Made by a program: the position numbers and the translations under genes. The notes below the pieces were generated by a model, which was given only the letters and a program-made list of their open reading frames with translations, had not been told where the DNA came from and ran no database searches. A stretch of DNA of 64,000 bases, taken from positions 3,200,001 to 3,264,000 of the forward strand of contig OY970303.1 of NCBI GenBank assembly GCA_963716255.1, read 5' to 3'. This document shows positions 1 to 10,451 of this stretch, one piece after another. The DNA comes from an uncultured Gemmatimonadales bacterium (GTDB taxonomy: Bacteria; Gemmatimonadota; Gemmatimonadetes; Longimicrobiales; Longimicrobiaceae). Position 1 is the stretch's first letter. The number at the start of each line of letters is the position of its first letter.

Positions 1-663
1 GATGGGCTCCGGCGGCCGCGGGTGGAGCCCGTGCAGCGCCACCACGTCGCCGCTCTTCAGCCGGATCCCGGTGTGGATGGAGGGGATGTCGTCCTGCACC
101 AGGTGGCTCACCTGCGGGTCCACCAGCGGGAGCCTGGAAAAGAGCATCATCCCGTAGTAGTTCTCCTGCGGGTGCGCCACGGTGTGCGGGTGGCTCCGCG
201 CCAGCGGCTCCAGCGCCCGCGCCCACGCGGCGTCGGTTTCCAGCACCAGGACCACGTCCGGGTCGTTGTCGCGGACGACGCGAAGGAAGCGGTCGTGCTC
301 GCGGTTCTCCATCAGCACGTTGCTGATGAGCAGCTTGAACGTGGCGTCCGCGCGGCGCTCCCGCGTCTCCGGCGTGGCGCGCTTCACCCGGATGGAGGCC
401 AGGCGGGTGTACGGGCGGATCTTGTAGCACTGCCAGGCCAGCGTCGCGGCCGTGGTCGCGAGGAACGCCCAGTCCAGGCCGCGCCCGCGCCAGTAGAACG
501 CCGCGTAGAGCGCGCCGCAGAGCCCCGAGGCCACCGCGATCTGCACGCGGGGGAAGTCCCAGTTGCGGACCGCCCAGTGCGGGCTGTGGGTGAGGCTCGC
601 GACGGTTCCCAGCGCCAGGAACACGCCGACCCCGACGAGGACCCACTGGAGGATGCTATGCAT
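1..663 (-). CDS. Endonuclease/exonuclease/phosphatase (EEP, YafD-like) family protein, runs off the left edge
   Basis: Not in the ORF track; read manually from ATG 663: [19 protein letters not shown]...[13 protein letters not shown]...LISNVLMEN...[13 protein letters not shown]...[10 protein letters not shown], with an N-terminal TM region and EEP-type motifs. Confidence 0.8.
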   Translation of the reverse strand, partial: MHSILQWVLVGVGVFLALGTVASLTHSPHWAVRNWDFPRVQIAVASGLCGALYAAFYWRGRGLDWAFLATTAATLAWQCYKIRPYTRLASIRVKRATPETRERRADATFKLLISNVLMENREHDRFLRVVRDNDPDVVLVLETDAAWARALEPLARSHPHTVAHPQENYYGMMLFSRLPLVDPQVSHLVQDDIPSIHTGIRLKSGDVVALHGLHPRPPEPI

Positions 664-895
664 GCACGGGCCGCTCCGGGTCGGTGTCGGGGTGGCGGAC
701 TGGGATCCCGGGCCGCGGCCGCGGCGGGGACCAATCCGAGTGCTCTCGGAGCACTGTTCCGCAACCGCCGGGCCGCCGCTCCGCCGTCCCCGCGCCGGCC
801 CGGGAAAGGCCGCGTCGCTTGCCCCCCGCCCGCGCGCCCGGGTAGCTTGCGCGTCCGGTTTGTTTTTCCCACGGCCCGGACGGAGAGGCGCGAGC

Positions 896-1486
896 GTGAG
901 CGAGCTGAAGCGGGTGTGCGTGTTCTGCGGGTCCAGCCCGGGCGTGCGCCCCGGGTACGCGGCGGCGGCGCGGGCAATGGGGACGCGGCTGGCGGAGCGG
1001 GGGATCGGGGTGGTGTACGGCGGCGGAAAGGTGGGGCTGATGGGGGTGGTGGCCGACGCCGCGATGGCCGCGGGCGGCGAGGTGATCGGCGTGATCCCCG
1101 AGGGGCTGGTGGCGCGCGAGGTGGGGCACGCCGGCGTCACCGAGCTGCGCGTCGTGCGCACCATGCACGAGCGCAAGGCGCTCATGGCCGACCTGTCCGA
1201 CGCCTTCGTCGCCCTCCCCGGCGGCTTCGGCACCTGGGAAGAGTACTTCGAGGTGCTCACCTGGGCGCAGCTGGGCATCCACCCGAAACCGTGCGGCCTG
1301 CTGAACGTAGAGGGATACTACGGGCCGCTGCTGGCGATGATGGACCACGCCGTGGCCGAGGGGTTCGTGCGGCCGGAGCACCGCGCCTCGGTGCTGGAGG
1401 CCGCGGAGCCCGCGCGGATGCTGGAGCTGCTGGCCGCCTTCCAGGCGCCCACGGTGCCCAGGTGGCTGGGCCGGGACGAGACGTAG
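896..1486 (+). CDS. LOG family (TIGR00730) nucleotide 5'-monophosphate nucleosidase / Rossmann-fold protein
   Basis: [25 protein letters not shown] and [11 protein letters not shown] motifs; GTG start at 896. Confidence 0.92.
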   Translation: MSELKRVCVFCGSSPGVRPGYAAAARAMGTRLAERGIGVVYGGGKVGLMGVVADAAMAAGGEVIGVIPEGLVAREVGHAGVTELRVVRTMHERKALMADLSDAFVALPGGFGTWEEYFEVLTWAQLGIHPKPCGLLNVEGYYGPLLAMMDHAVAEGFVRPEHRASVLEAAEPARMLELLAAFQAPTVPRWLGRDET

Positions 1487-1591
1487 CCACGGACGCGGCG
1501 GCGCCGGAGGCGCGGGGTTGGATCCCCCGCGGCCGGGGCTTATCTTGCAGGCTGGCCGCGTGACCACGACACACCTTCCGGTGGATGAGCC

Positions 1592-2938
1592 ATGCGCCGT
1601 TCCGTTTCACCCCGCAATTCCCGCGGCATCGTCCTCGCCGCCCTGCTCACCCTGGCCGCGCCGCTCGCGGGCGCCGCGCAGCAGCCGGCCGTCGTCTACC
1701 GCATTCCCGTGACGGGGACGGTGGAGATGGGGCTGGCGCCGTACGTGGAGCGCTCGCTGGAGGAGGCCGAAAAGGCCGGCGCCGCCGCGGCGGTGCTGGA
1801 CATCGACACCCCGGGAGGGCGCATCGACGCCGCCGAGCAGATCGCCGACGCGCTCCGCGACGCGAAGATCCCCACCTACGCCTACGTCAACCGCCGCGCC
1901 TTCAGCGCCGGCGCCATGATCGCCCTGGCGACCGACGGCATCCTCATGCGCCCGGGCTCCGTGCTGGGCGCCGCCACCCCGGTGGACGCCGGCGGCGGCA
2001 AGCTGTCCGAGAAGGTGGTGAGCGCCATGCGCTCCGAGTTCCGCGCCCTCGCCGAGGCGCGCGGCCTGGACCCGCGCGTGGCCGAGGGGATGGTGGACGA
2101 GACGCTGGGCGCGCCCGGGGTGGCGGCGCCGGGGCAGCTCGTGTCGCTGAGCACGGACGAGGCCGCCCGCGTGGGCTACGCCCGCGAGGTGGGCGACTGG
2201 CAGGGCGTCCTTGCCGCGGCGGGGGCCCCGGGCGCGCGCACCGTGGTCGCCCGGGTGAACTGGGCGGAGCGGCTGGTGCGCTTCTTCACCAACCCCGTGG
2301 TCGCGCCCTTCCTGCTCACGCTGGGGTTCCTGGGGCTGCTGATCGAGCTGAAGACCCCCGCGTTCGGCATGGCCGGGCTGGCGGGGGCGACCTCGCTGGG
2401 GCTCTTCTTCGGGAGCCACCTGATCGTGGGGCTGGCCGGGTGGGAGACGCTGGTGCTCATCGCCGCGTCGCTGGTGCTGCTGGCGGTGGAGGCGCTGGTG
2501 CTCCCCGGCTTCGGCGTGGCGGGGATCCTGGGGATCCTGGCCTTCTGCGGAGCCGTCGTCCTGGCGCTGCTGGGGAATTTTCCCACCGGCGCGGACGTGA
2601 TGGTGGCCGTGTCCATCGTGGGCGGCTCCATCGTGGCCGTGGGCGCGGTGGCGTGGGCCATCCTCCAGCAGCTCCCCCACGACCGGCGCGTGGCGCGCAT
2701 GATCTTCCAGGGCTCCACCTCGCGCGAGGCGGGGTACCTGGCCGCCCCCGTGCGCGGCGAGCTGGTGGGGGTGGAGGGCGTCGCCCTCACCGACCTGCGC
2801 CCCTCCGGCACCGGCGTCTTCGGCGAGGAGCGCGTGGACGTGGTCTCCGACGGCGCCTACGTTCCCGCCGGCACCCCCATCCGTATCGTCCGGGCGGAAG
2901 GATACCGGCACGTGGTGGCCCCCATCCTGGCCGCCTGA
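1592..2938 (+). CDS. nfeD: NfeD family membrane-bound serine protease (YqeZ-like)
   Basis: Signal peptide, IDTPGG and AFSAGAMIALA ClpP-like domain, TM bundle, C-terminal OB fold (TDLRPSG); precedes floA. Confidence 0.88.
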   Translation: MRRSVSPRNSRGIVLAALLTLAAPLAGAAQQPAVVYRIPVTGTVEMGLAPYVERSLEEAEKAGAAAAVLDIDTPGGRIDAAEQIADALRDAKIPTYAYVNRRAFSAGAMIALATDGILMRPGSVLGAATPVDAGGGKLSEKVVSAMRSEFRALAEARGLDPRVAEGMVDETLGAPGVAAPGQLVSLSTDEAARVGYAREVGDWQGVLAAAGAPGARTVVARVNWAERLVRFFTNPVVAPFLLTLGFLGLLIELKTPAFGMAGLAGATSLGLFFGSHLIVGLAGWETLVLIAASLVLLAVEALVLPGFGVAGILGILAFCGAVVLALLGNFPTGADVMVAVSIVGGSIVAVGAVAWAILQQLPHDRRVARMIFQGSTSREAGYLAAPVRGELVGVEGVALTDLRPSGTGVFGEERVDVVSDGAYVPAGTPIRIVRAEGYRHVVAPILAA

Positions 2939-3061
2939 AGCAGGATCTCACCGCAACCCGCGCGTCCGGCCCCCGTAGCCAGGGGGACGGACGCGGGACT
3001 CGCCGCTCCGCCACCTCCGCCCGCTCCGGGCGGGGCACCTGGACTCCAACCGGAACCGACC

Positions 3062-4057
3062 ATGGAAGCCGTCTTCGGCAGCATCGTGTTCTTTGTTTTC
3101 GTCGGGATCATCTTCCTGTTCGTCTTCTTCCGCTTCATCCCCATCGGGCTCTGGATCCAGGCCTTCGCCTCCGGCGTACGGCTGTCGTTCCTGAACCTGT
3201 TCGGGATGCGCTTCCGCAAGGTGAACCCGGCGCGCATCGTCAACCCGCTGATCACCGCGCGCAAGGCGGGGATCGTGCTCAGCGCGGACGCGCTGGAGGG
3301 GCACTACCTGGCCGGCGGCAACGTGGAGCGGGTGGTGCAGGCGCTGATCGCCGCGGACAAGGCCAGCATCGACCTTCCCTTCGAGCGCGCGGCCGCCATC
3401 GACCTGGCGGGGCGCGACGTGCTGGAGGCGGTGCAGACCTCGGTGAACCCGAAGGTCATCTCCACCCCGCGCGTGGCGGCGATGGCAAAGGACGGCATCC
3501 AGCTCATCGCCATCGCCCGGGTGACGGTGCGCGCCAACATCAACCGCCTGGTGGGCGGCGCGGGCGAGGAGACCATCCTGGCGCGCGTGGGCGAGGGGAT
3601 CGTTTCCACCATCGGCTCGGCGTCGAGCCACAAGGCGGTGCTGGAGAACCCGGACGCCATCTCCAAGACGGTGCTCAGCAAGGGGCTGGACGCGGGGACG
3701 GCGTTCGAGATCCTGTCCATCGACATCGCCGACGTGGACGTGGGCAAGAACATCGGCGCCGAGCTGCAGACGGACCAGGCGGAGGCGGACAAGCGGATCG
3801 CGCAGGCCCGCGCCGAGGAGAGGCGCGCCATGGCGGTGGCGCACGAGCAGGAGAACCGGGCGCGCGTGGAGGAGATGCGGGCGCGGGTGGTGGAGGCGGA
3901 GGCGCAGGTCCCGCTGGCCATGGCGGAGGCTTTCCGCAACGGCAACCTGGGGATCATGGACTACGCCCGCTACAGCAACATGCAGAGCGACACGGCCATG
4001 CGCCGCGCCCTGGCCGCCCCGGACAAGCCCGCGTCCGGCAACGGCGAGCTGGGCTGA
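3062..4057 (+). CDS. floA: Flotillin-like protein FloA (YqfA)
   Basis: [41 protein letters not shown] and [17 protein letters not shown] motifs. Confidence 0.95.
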   Translation: MEAVFGSIVFFVFVGIIFLFVFFRFIPIGLWIQAFASGVRLSFLNLFGMRFRKVNPARIVNPLITARKAGIVLSADALEGHYLAGGNVERVVQALIAADKASIDLPFERAAAIDLAGRDVLEAVQTSVNPKVISTPRVAAMAKDGIQLIAIARVTVRANINRLVGGAGEETILARVGEGIVSTIGSASSHKAVLENPDAISKTVLSKGLDAGTAFEILSIDIADVDVGKNIGAELQTDQAEADKRIAQARAEERRAMAVAHEQENRARVEEMRARVVEAEAQVPLAMAEAFRNGNLGIMDYARYSNMQSDTAMRRALAAPDKPASGNGELG

Positions 4058-4060
4058 GCC

Positions 4061-4666
4061 ATGAGCTGGCTCGAGGTGCTTTTCGTCGCGCTATTCTTCG
4101 GCGCGCCGCTGCTGGGGCGGCTCTTCGAGAAGAAGCCGCCGACGCTCCCTCCCCCCCCGGTCCCCCGGAGCGACGCGCCCGGCTACTCCCCGGCGCCGGG
4201 GGACCTGCAGCCGCGGTTCCCGGTCCCCGCGCGCGCCACCCTCCCCGCGCCCGCCGGGACGGCGGGCGGGTGGTCCGCGGGGTGGGGGCAGTGGCCGGAG
4301 GGGGCGTCGGAGGAGGAAGACGCGGCCGAGGAGGGCGGCCTGGAAGAGGGGATCGCCGGGGACCACGACCTGGACGTGGACTCCATCCACACGCGGGAGG
4401 CGGTCTCGCTGGAGCCGGTGTCGGCCGCGGAGGCCGCGGTGCGGCCGCTCCCCGAGGCTCCGGTGGGGCTGGACGCCACGGAGGTGGACTGGAACCGCGA
4501 GCACGTGCGCTTCCACGACAAGTACTTCAAACCGGCCGCCCCGCCGCCGCGGACGGACCGCCTGGCGGACCACCTGCGCTCGCGCGCCGAGGTGCGCCGC
4601 GCGATCCTGCTGGCGGAGGTGCTGGGCCCCCCGCGCTCGCTGCGCGAGCTGGATTCGGAGCGGTAG
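4061..4666 (+). CDS. Hypothetical protein, YqfB-like third gene of the floA operon
   Basis: N-terminal TM, low-complexity middle, C-terminal RRAILLAEVLGPPRSLR. Confidence 0.7.
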   Translation: MSWLEVLFVALFFGAPLLGRLFEKKPPTLPPPPVPRSDAPGYSPAPGDLQPRFPVPARATLPAPAGTAGGWSAGWGQWPEGASEEEDAAEEGGLEEGIAGDHDLDVDSIHTREAVSLEPVSAAEAAVRPLPEAPVGLDATEVDWNREHVRFHDKYFKPAAPPPRTDRLADHLRSRAEVRRAILLAEVLGPPRSLRELDSER

Positions 4667-4761
4667 CGCTCCGGAGGGCGGGACGCACGCGACGAGGGCC
4701 GCTCCCGATCCGGGGCGGCCCTCGCCGTATGTGGGGCCCCCGCGGACGCCAGCGCGAGCCC

Positions 4762-4901
4762 CGCGTGAGGGATTTCGGCCCGGAGGGGCGAGACCGCGCG
4801 GGGCTGTTTCCGCGCGGGCTCGACTCCGTTACGCACGGTTGTTTCGTGCGTTACGGAGCCGAAGCCCGACCCCGGCGCCAGCCGGGGACACGCCCAAACC
4901 C
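4762..4901 (+). repeat. Structured dispersed repeat, copy 1
   Basis: CGCGTGAGGGATTTCGGCCC...GCTCGACTCCGTT...TACGGAGCCGAAGCCCGACCCC...CACGCCC; arms CCGCGCGG and ACGCACG. Confidence 0.95.
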
Positions 4902-4984
4902 GAGCTTACAAGCCGTTCTTTCCCGTACCGGACCCGCTCGGGAAACACGCGTCGCGGCACGGATGATGAAGAGGGCATCGCGCC

Positions 4985-6184
4985 ATGGAACACGCGAACG
5001 ATTCCCTGCTCTTTCCGCTCGTCCGCGAGCCGGCATCGCGGTGGGAGCGCTCCGGGCTGACCCCGGCCCAGGAGCGCTGGTTCAACCGCGTCTCCACCGT
5101 GCTGTTCGCGCTGTTCGTGCTGGGATGGGGCTACGCCGTGGCGCTGCGCCTCTCGCAGCCGGCGCCCACCGACGCGGGCGGCACGCTGACGCCGGTCTTC
5201 GGGCCGTCGCAGCCCTCGCAGCTGGGCGACCCCAACGCCCCGCCCACGCTGGGGGAGCGCATCACCAGCAACCCGCTGCGGCGCGGCGCGGAGCCCATCG
5301 CGCCCACCATCACGGCGGCGTTCCTGGAGCGCACCGCGCACGACTACGCGGCCCGGCTCCCGGCGGAGGTCCGCGGGCTGAGCGGCAACCTGTACGTGCA
5401 GATCCTGGATCCCGGCGAGAACCCGCAGCTTCCCACCGCCACCACCGGGCAGCTCGCCTTCGCGGTGGGCGACCGCATCACCGGCAACGTGGGCGGCACG
5501 GGGGTCTGGGACGTGGTGCTGCGCTCGGGGGCGCTGACCACGGAGGTGCCCAACTTCTCGGTGATCCGCACGGTCCCCATGTCGGCCAAGAAGAACGGGC
5601 GCATCGGCAAGTTCAACATCGGCGACTGGCCGTGCGAGACGGGGAATTGCCCCGCGAACCCGATCTACGCCACGCCGGCGGGGATGATCGAGGTCACGCC
5701 CGAGAACCGGGAGATGTTCCTGAGCGAGCACATCCAGCTCAAGGACTTCATCACCAAGCTCCAGGAGAACGTCTGGCCCAAGTACGTGGTGGTGGATCCC
5801 CAGGTGCTGGACAAGATCGAGCTGGTGTGCAACGAGCTGGAGCGGATGGGGCACCCCGTGGAGAACCTGTTCGCGGTGAGCGGGTTCCGCACGCCGTGGT
5901 ACAACGCCAACGGGGGGACCACCGCGGGGCGGGGCCAGCTGTCGCGCCACATGTACGGCGACGCCATGGACATCGCGGTGGACAACGACCGCAACGGCAT
6001 CATGGACGACCTGAACGGGGACGGCCGCATCACCCTGGCCGACGCGCGCGTGATCGGGGCGGCGGTGGAGGCGGTGGAAAAGAAGTACCCCACCATGGTG
6101 GGGGGGATGCACTACTACCCGCCGACGGGCGGGCACCAGGGGATGGTGCACATCGACACCCGGGGCAACCGCGCCCGCTGGTGA
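4985..6184 (+). CDS. Membrane-anchored peptidase M15 (LAS-type, YcbK/M15A-like) protein
   Basis: N-terminal TM; SGFRTPWYN, SRHMYGDAMD and VHIDTRG Zn-binding motifs. Confidence 0.8.
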   Translation: MEHANDSLLFPLVREPASRWERSGLTPAQERWFNRVSTVLFALFVLGWGYAVALRLSQPAPTDAGGTLTPVFGPSQPSQLGDPNAPPTLGERITSNPLRRGAEPIAPTITAAFLERTAHDYAARLPAEVRGLSGNLYVQILDPGENPQLPTATTGQLAFAVGDRITGNVGGTGVWDVVLRSGALTTEVPNFSVIRTVPMSAKKNGRIGKFNIGDWPCETGNCPANPIYATPAGMIEVTPENREMFLSEHIQLKDFITKLQENVWPKYVVVDPQVLDKIELVCNELERMGHPVENLFAVSGFRTPWYNANGGTTAGRGQLSRHMYGDAMDIAVDNDRNGIMDDLNGDGRITLADARVIGAAVEAVEKKYPTMVGGMHYYPPTGGHQGMVHIDTRGNRARW

Positions 6185-6212
6185 CCTGAACGAGCTTCCC
6201 GAGGAGCGCACC

Positions 6213-6695
6213 TTGGCAACCGCCTACGACCAGCCACACGACCCGCACCGCCACGCCGCGGCCGCGGGCGACCGCCGCACCGAGGGGCCGCAGGACGACT
6301 CGCCGGCGCCCATGATGGTGCGCGACGAGGACCTGGAGCCGCACGCCGGGCTGCGCTACATCGCCCGGCTCTTCAAGCTCCTGTCCATCCTGCTCCTCCT
6401 GCTGCTCGTGGGGGAGATCGTCATCAACCTGTGGCGCCAGGGGTCGGACGCCATCCCGCTGCTCCTGGTGGAGGCCACGCGGCTGATCGTGTTCGCGGGG
6501 CTGCTGTGGGGGGCGGCGGACCTGGCGCTGATGCTGATCGAGTCCAACCACGACCTGCGCGCGACGCGGATCCTGGTGGGGCGGCTGAACGGGCGGCTGC
6601 AGAGGCTGGAGGACCGGGTGGCGGAGTCGTACTCGCTGGGGGGGCCGCCGCGCACGCCTTCCGATCCGGATCCGCCGCGGCGGGAGCCTCGCTGA
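6213..6695 (+). CDS. Hypothetical two-TM membrane protein
   Basis: Two hydrophobic helices; GAGGAG RBS upstream of TTG. Confidence 0.7.
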   Translation: MATAYDQPHDPHRHAAAAGDRRTEGPQDDSPAPMMVRDEDLEPHAGLRYIARLFKLLSILLLLLLVGEIVINLWRQGSDAIPLLLVEATRLIVFAGLLWGAADLALMLIESNHDLRATRILVGRLNGRLQRLEDRVAESYSLGGPPRTPSDPDPPRREPR

Positions 6696-6724
6696 CGGGT
6701 TTTCGAAGGGCGAGTTTTTACGGC

Positions 6725-6860
6725 GGGTTCGGGCGTGCCCCCGGCGGGCGCCGGGGTCGGGCTTCGGCTCCGTAAGCCCGCAAACAACGCGGGCTAACGG
6801 AGTCGAGCCCCGGCAAACTGCCGCCGGGTCTCGCCCCTTCGGGCCGAAATCCCTCACGCG
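6725..6860 (-). repeat. Structured dispersed repeat, copy 2
   Basis: Reverse complement matches the consensus; arms CCCGGC and AGCCCGC. Confidence 0.95.
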
Positions 6861-6946
6861 GGGCATCGCGCTGGCGTCGGCGGGGGCCCCCACCCGGGCG
6901 CTGCGCGCCACCCCTCGGCCGGGGGAGGGGGTCGTCGTTGCCCGCC

Positions 6947-8440
6947 CTACCGAGCCCCGGAGATGCGCAGCAGGGCGGCGTCGACGACGCGGTCGGCGTC
7001 GCGGGCGCTGCGGGTGTGGTGGTTGAGCAGGATGGAGAACACCAGCGGCCTGCCGTCCGGGCCGGGGACGTAGCCGGAAAGGGCGCGCACGCCGGAAAGG
7101 GTGCCGGTCTTGGCGTGCAGGCGCCCTTCCAGCGGGGTTCCCCGGAAGCGCGAGGCCAGCGTGCCGTCGACCCCGCCCACGGGGAGCGCGGCGTACCAGG
7201 CCTCCCAGTGGGGGCTGCGCATCATGTGCTCCAGCACCGCGGCGAGAAGCTCGGGCGCCACCAGGTTGTAGCGCGAAAGGCCGGAGCCGTCCGCCTGCGC
7301 CAGCGCCGCCGCCGGGAGCCCGCGCGCGCGGAACAGGCTGTCGATGGCCGCGGCGCCCGCGGCGGCGCTGCCCTCGCCGCGCAGCTCGCGGCCCAGCGTC
7401 TTGAGGAGGATCTCGCCGTACTGGTTCTGGCTGGGCTTCATGAAGGCGGCCAGCACCTCGCGCAGGGGCGGCGAGGCGTGCACGAAGAGCGGCACGGCGG
7501 CCTCGCCGCGCTCGCCCGCCGGCAGGGCGTCGGCGTCGGCGGCGGGGCCCTGCACCTCGATCCCCGCCTCGCGCAGCGTTTCCCGCAGCACGGTGGCGAA
7601 GTACAGCGTGTTGTCGCGCACCGCCACCTCCTCGCTCACCCCCGCGGTGTCCAGCGGCACGGTGCCGGACACCACGATGCCGGCGCCGGACGCCGCGCGG
7701 GCGGCCTGTACGCGCGGGGGGGTCCCCGCGGGGCCGGTGACCACCCGGTTGTCCACGGGGACGTAGCCGGTGGGAGGAGACAGCGTCACGCGCGCGGGCT
7801 CGCCGGCGCGCGCGCCGGGTGCAACGCGTACCCCCACCACGCCCTCGTTCAGCTCCAGGGCGCCCACCTCGGCGGAGTAGCCGGCGTCCAGGTCGTCCCA
7901 CGCCCAGCCGCGCCCCAGCGGCACGTCGTCGAACGCGTCGTCGTTGCCCACCACGCGGCCGGCGACGCGGGTGACGCCGCGGGCGCGCAGCGAGTCCGCC
8001 CAGGCGCGGAACACGGAGCGTGTGTCGCCGCCCAGGAGCCGGGCGGAAAGGGTGGGGTCGCCGCCGCCGCGCACCACCAGGTCGCCGCGCAGCGTCCCGC
8101 CCTGCACCGGCCCGGCGGCCGCCACCGTGGTGCGGAAGCGCCAGTCGGGCCCCAGCGCCTCCAGCGCCGCGGCCCCGGTCACCACCTTCATGTTGGAGGC
8201 GGGGACCAGCATGCGCTCCGCGCCGAGCCGGTACAGCGTCGCCCCCGTGGCCGGATCGCGCACCAGCACGCCCCAGGTGGCGCGGCGGAAGGCGCTGTCG
8301 GCGAAGACGGAGTCCAGCGCGGCGGCGAGCGGGGACGCCGCCGGGGCCGGGGCGGGGGAGGGGGCGGCCCGCACCGCGGGGGTGCACCCCGCCGCGGCCA
8401 GGAGGAGCGGGAGGAGCAGGCGTCTCACGGGCGTGGGCAT
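6947..8440 (-). CDS. dacB: D-alanyl-D-alanine carboxypeptidase/endopeptidase (PBP4, peptidase S13)
   Basis: PASNMK (SxxK), SQN, AKTGTL and DGSGLSRYN motifs; lipoprotein-like signal. Confidence 0.93.
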   Translation of the reverse strand: MPTPVRRLLLPLLLAAAGCTPAVRAAPSPAPAPAASPLAAALDSVFADSAFRRATWGVLVRDPATGATLYRLGAERMLVPASNMKVVTGAAALEALGPDWRFRTTVAAAGPVQGGTLRGDLVVRGGGDPTLSARLLGGDTRSVFRAWADSLRARGVTRVAGRVVGNDDAFDDVPLGRGWAWDDLDAGYSAEVGALELNEGVVGVRVAPGARAGEPARVTLSPPTGYVPVDNRVVTGPAGTPPRVQAARAASGAGIVVSGTVPLDTAGVSEEVAVRDNTLYFATVLRETLREAGIEVQGPAADADALPAGERGEAAVPLFVHASPPLREVLAAFMKPSQNQYGEILLKTLGRELRGEGSAAAGAAAIDSLFRARGLPAAALAQADGSGLSRYNLVAPELLAAVLEHMMRSPHWEAWYAALPVGGVDGTLASRFRGTPLEGRLHAKTGTLSGVRALSGYVPGPDGRPLVFSILLNHHTRSARDADRVVDAALLRISGAR

Positions 8441-8470
8441 CGGCTCTGCGGGTTGGGGGTGGCGGTCAAG

Positions 8471-9067
8471 CTACCGTGCGCTCCAGGGGCGGGCCAGCCT
8501 GGCCTCCAGCCCCGCCCGCACCGCCGGCCACTCGTCGTCCAGGATGCTGAAGTACACGGTGTCGCGCATGCGTCCCTGCTGCGAGCGCATGTGCTTGCGC
8601 AGGATCCCCTCCTGGGTGGCGCCCACGCGCAGGATGGCGGCGCGCGACCGCTCGTTGAGCGCGTCTGTCTTGAGCTCCACGCGCGCGCACCCCAGCGTCT
8701 CGAAGGCGTGGCGGAGCATCAGGTACTTGGCCTCGGTGTTGGCGGGGGTGCGCTGCCAGGGGCGCGCCACCCACGTCCACCCGATCTCCACCCGCCCGTC
8801 CTCCAGGCTCACGCTGCCGAACCGCGTGCTGCCGATGGCGCGCCCGCTCGCCGCGTCCACCGTGGCGAAGGGGAGCGCGCGCCCCTCGTCGCGCTCGCGC
8901 AGCGCGGTCTCCACGTAGGCGCGCATCTCCTCCGGGCTGCGGATCGTCGTGAGCGTCCAGCGCCACAGCTCCGGGTCCATCCCCACCTCGCAGAGCGCGG
9001 GGAGGTGCTCGAGCGACAGCGGCTCCAGGCGCACGTGGCGCCCGGCCAGGGTGACGGCTTCCAGCAT
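8471..9067 (-). CDS. GNAT family N-acetyltransferase (RimJ/RimL-like)
   Basis: EIGWTW, NTEAKYLML, RVELKTDALNERSRAAI and EGILRKH motifs. Confidence 0.9.
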   Translation of the reverse strand: MLEAVTLAGRHVRLEPLSLEHLPALCEVGMDPELWRWTLTTIRSPEEMRAYVETALRERDEGRALPFATVDAASGRAIGSTRFGSVSLEDGRVEIGWTWVARPWQRTPANTEAKYLMLRHAFETLGCARVELKTDALNERSRAAILRVGATQEGILRKHMRSQQGRMRDTVYFSILDDEWPAVRAGLEARLARPWSAR

Positions 9068-9140
9068 GGCGGCCCTCCAAGGCGGCGTGGGGTGGCGGAC
9101 GGGTGAGTCTACACCGCGCGCGCCCGCCGCTCAAGCCGCG

Positions 9141-9542
9141 TCAGGGGCGCGGCACCTCGCTCATCAGCGCGAAAAGGTTGTCCTCGCTGTCGCGCAGAAA
9201 GGCCATCCACAGGTCGTGGTCGGGCATGGGGGCGAGCAGGTGCGGCTCGCCCCCCTCGCTCTCCACCCGCGCCCCGGCCGCCGCCAGCGCATTGAACGAA
9301 GCCCGGATGTCCGCGACGCGGTAGTACAGGATGGATGCCGGGTGGTCGAATTCCGGCTTCTCGGCCGTGCCCAGCATCAGCCGGGTCGCGCCGCACTGGA
9401 AGAACGCAGCCCCGGGAATGCGGAAGAGCAGCGGCATCCCCAGCACGTCGCGGTAGAAGCCGACCGCGCGGTCCAGGTCCCGGACGTTCACCGCGACCTG
9501 GCCGACGCCCTGGATCCCGACGGTTTCGCTGGGTGGGGTCAT
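9141..9542 (-). CDS. VOC/glyoxalase family protein
   Basis: GQVAVNVRDLDRAVGFYRDVLG...WMAFLRDSEDN; ATG at 9542. Confidence 0.88.
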   Translation of the reverse strand: MTPPSETVGIQGVGQVAVNVRDLDRAVGFYRDVLGMPLLFRIPGAAFFQCGATRLMLGTAEKPEFDHPASILYYRVADIRASFNALAAAGARVESEGGEPHLLAPMPDHDLWMAFLRDSEDNLFALMSEVPRP

Positions 9543-9800
9543 GGGGGAATGGGGAGAAGTGAGGAATACGGAACTGCGGCGCGCTCCGGCTGGTCTCGGG
9601 TATGGGGTCGGCCGGGGAGGCTCCTCCGGCAGTGCGATACCCGAAGGGACTCGCCAGAGCACTCGCCCACCGCCCGAGCAAGGGCAGGATCACGCTGGCT
9701 TCGAGCAAACGCACCGCCTGCGGATCCTCCCCCGACCTCCCGACGCAGATCCCAGAACAGCAACTGCCGTGTCGTTGCAGTTCTCCCCCTCTCCCGCTTG

Positions 9801-9888
9801 CGGGGCTCGACTCCGTTAGCCCGCGTTGTTTGCGGGCTTACGGAGCCGAAGCCCGACCCCGGCGCCAGCCGGGGGCACGCCCGAACCC
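9801..9888 (+). repeat. Structured dispersed repeat, copy 3 (5'-truncated)
   Basis: Only GGGGCTCGACTCCGTT onward is present; fused to a CTCTCCCGCTTGCGGGG palindrome. Confidence 0.9.
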
Positions 9889-9899
9889 GCCGTCCAGCC

Positions 9900-10451
9900 T
9901 CAGCGGATCGCCACGTACCGCTCCAGGCGCGCGACCTCGTTGGTATCCACGTACTTGCCGATCTCGCGCCGGAACTGCTCGATGTTGCGGTACGGACGGT
10001 ACTCCTCGAACTCATGGGCCATCCGGTTCCCCACGCCCGGGACGAGCAGGATCTCCTCGCGGCTCGCCTTGTTCAGGTCCAGCGGCTTCCACAGCCGGGT
10101 GTACACGCTGTCCCGCTGCGGCTCGCCCAGGCGGCCGGCCAGCACCCTGTCGACGGCGGCCATGTCGGCGTAGGGGCGGCCGGCGACCACCGCGTCGGCG
10201 AGGGCGGCGTCGAAGCCCGGGACCGCCAGCAGCTCGTCGCGGGTGGCCTGGTCGGGGTCCAGGAAGGCGCCGGCGGCCGCGGTGGGCGCCGCCGGGGCGG
10301 CCGGCGCGGCGGCGGGGGCTTCCGCGCCGGGGGCTGCGGGCGCGGCCGCCGCGTCCGGAGCGGGATCGGACGCTTCTTCCGTCTTGCAGCCGCCGAGCGC
10401 GGCGAGCAGCACCGTGGCGGCCAGCAGCGCCGGGATGCGGGTTCGGTTCAT
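9900..10451 (-). CDS. Lipoprotein with two helix-hairpin-helix-like repeats
   Basis: LGGC lipobox, Ala/Pro linker, DPDQATRDELLAVPG and DLNKASREEILLVPGVG repeats. Confidence 0.75.
   Translation of the reverse strand: MNRTRIPALLAATVLLAALGGCKTEEASDPAPDAAAAPAAPGAEAPAAAPAAPAAPTAAAGAFLDPDQATRDELLAVPGFDAALADAVVAGRPYADMAAVDRVLAGRLGEPQRDSVYTRLWKPLDLNKASREEILLVPGVGNRMAHEFEEYRPYRNIEQFRREIGKYVDTNEVARLERYVAIR

Noticed and set aside
1585..6189. Very long Arg/Gly/Ala/Pro-rich ORFs (also 18925-23547, 37805-42844, 42742-46170)
   Set aside because: Shadow frames of real genes in high-GC DNA, with no recognisable motifs
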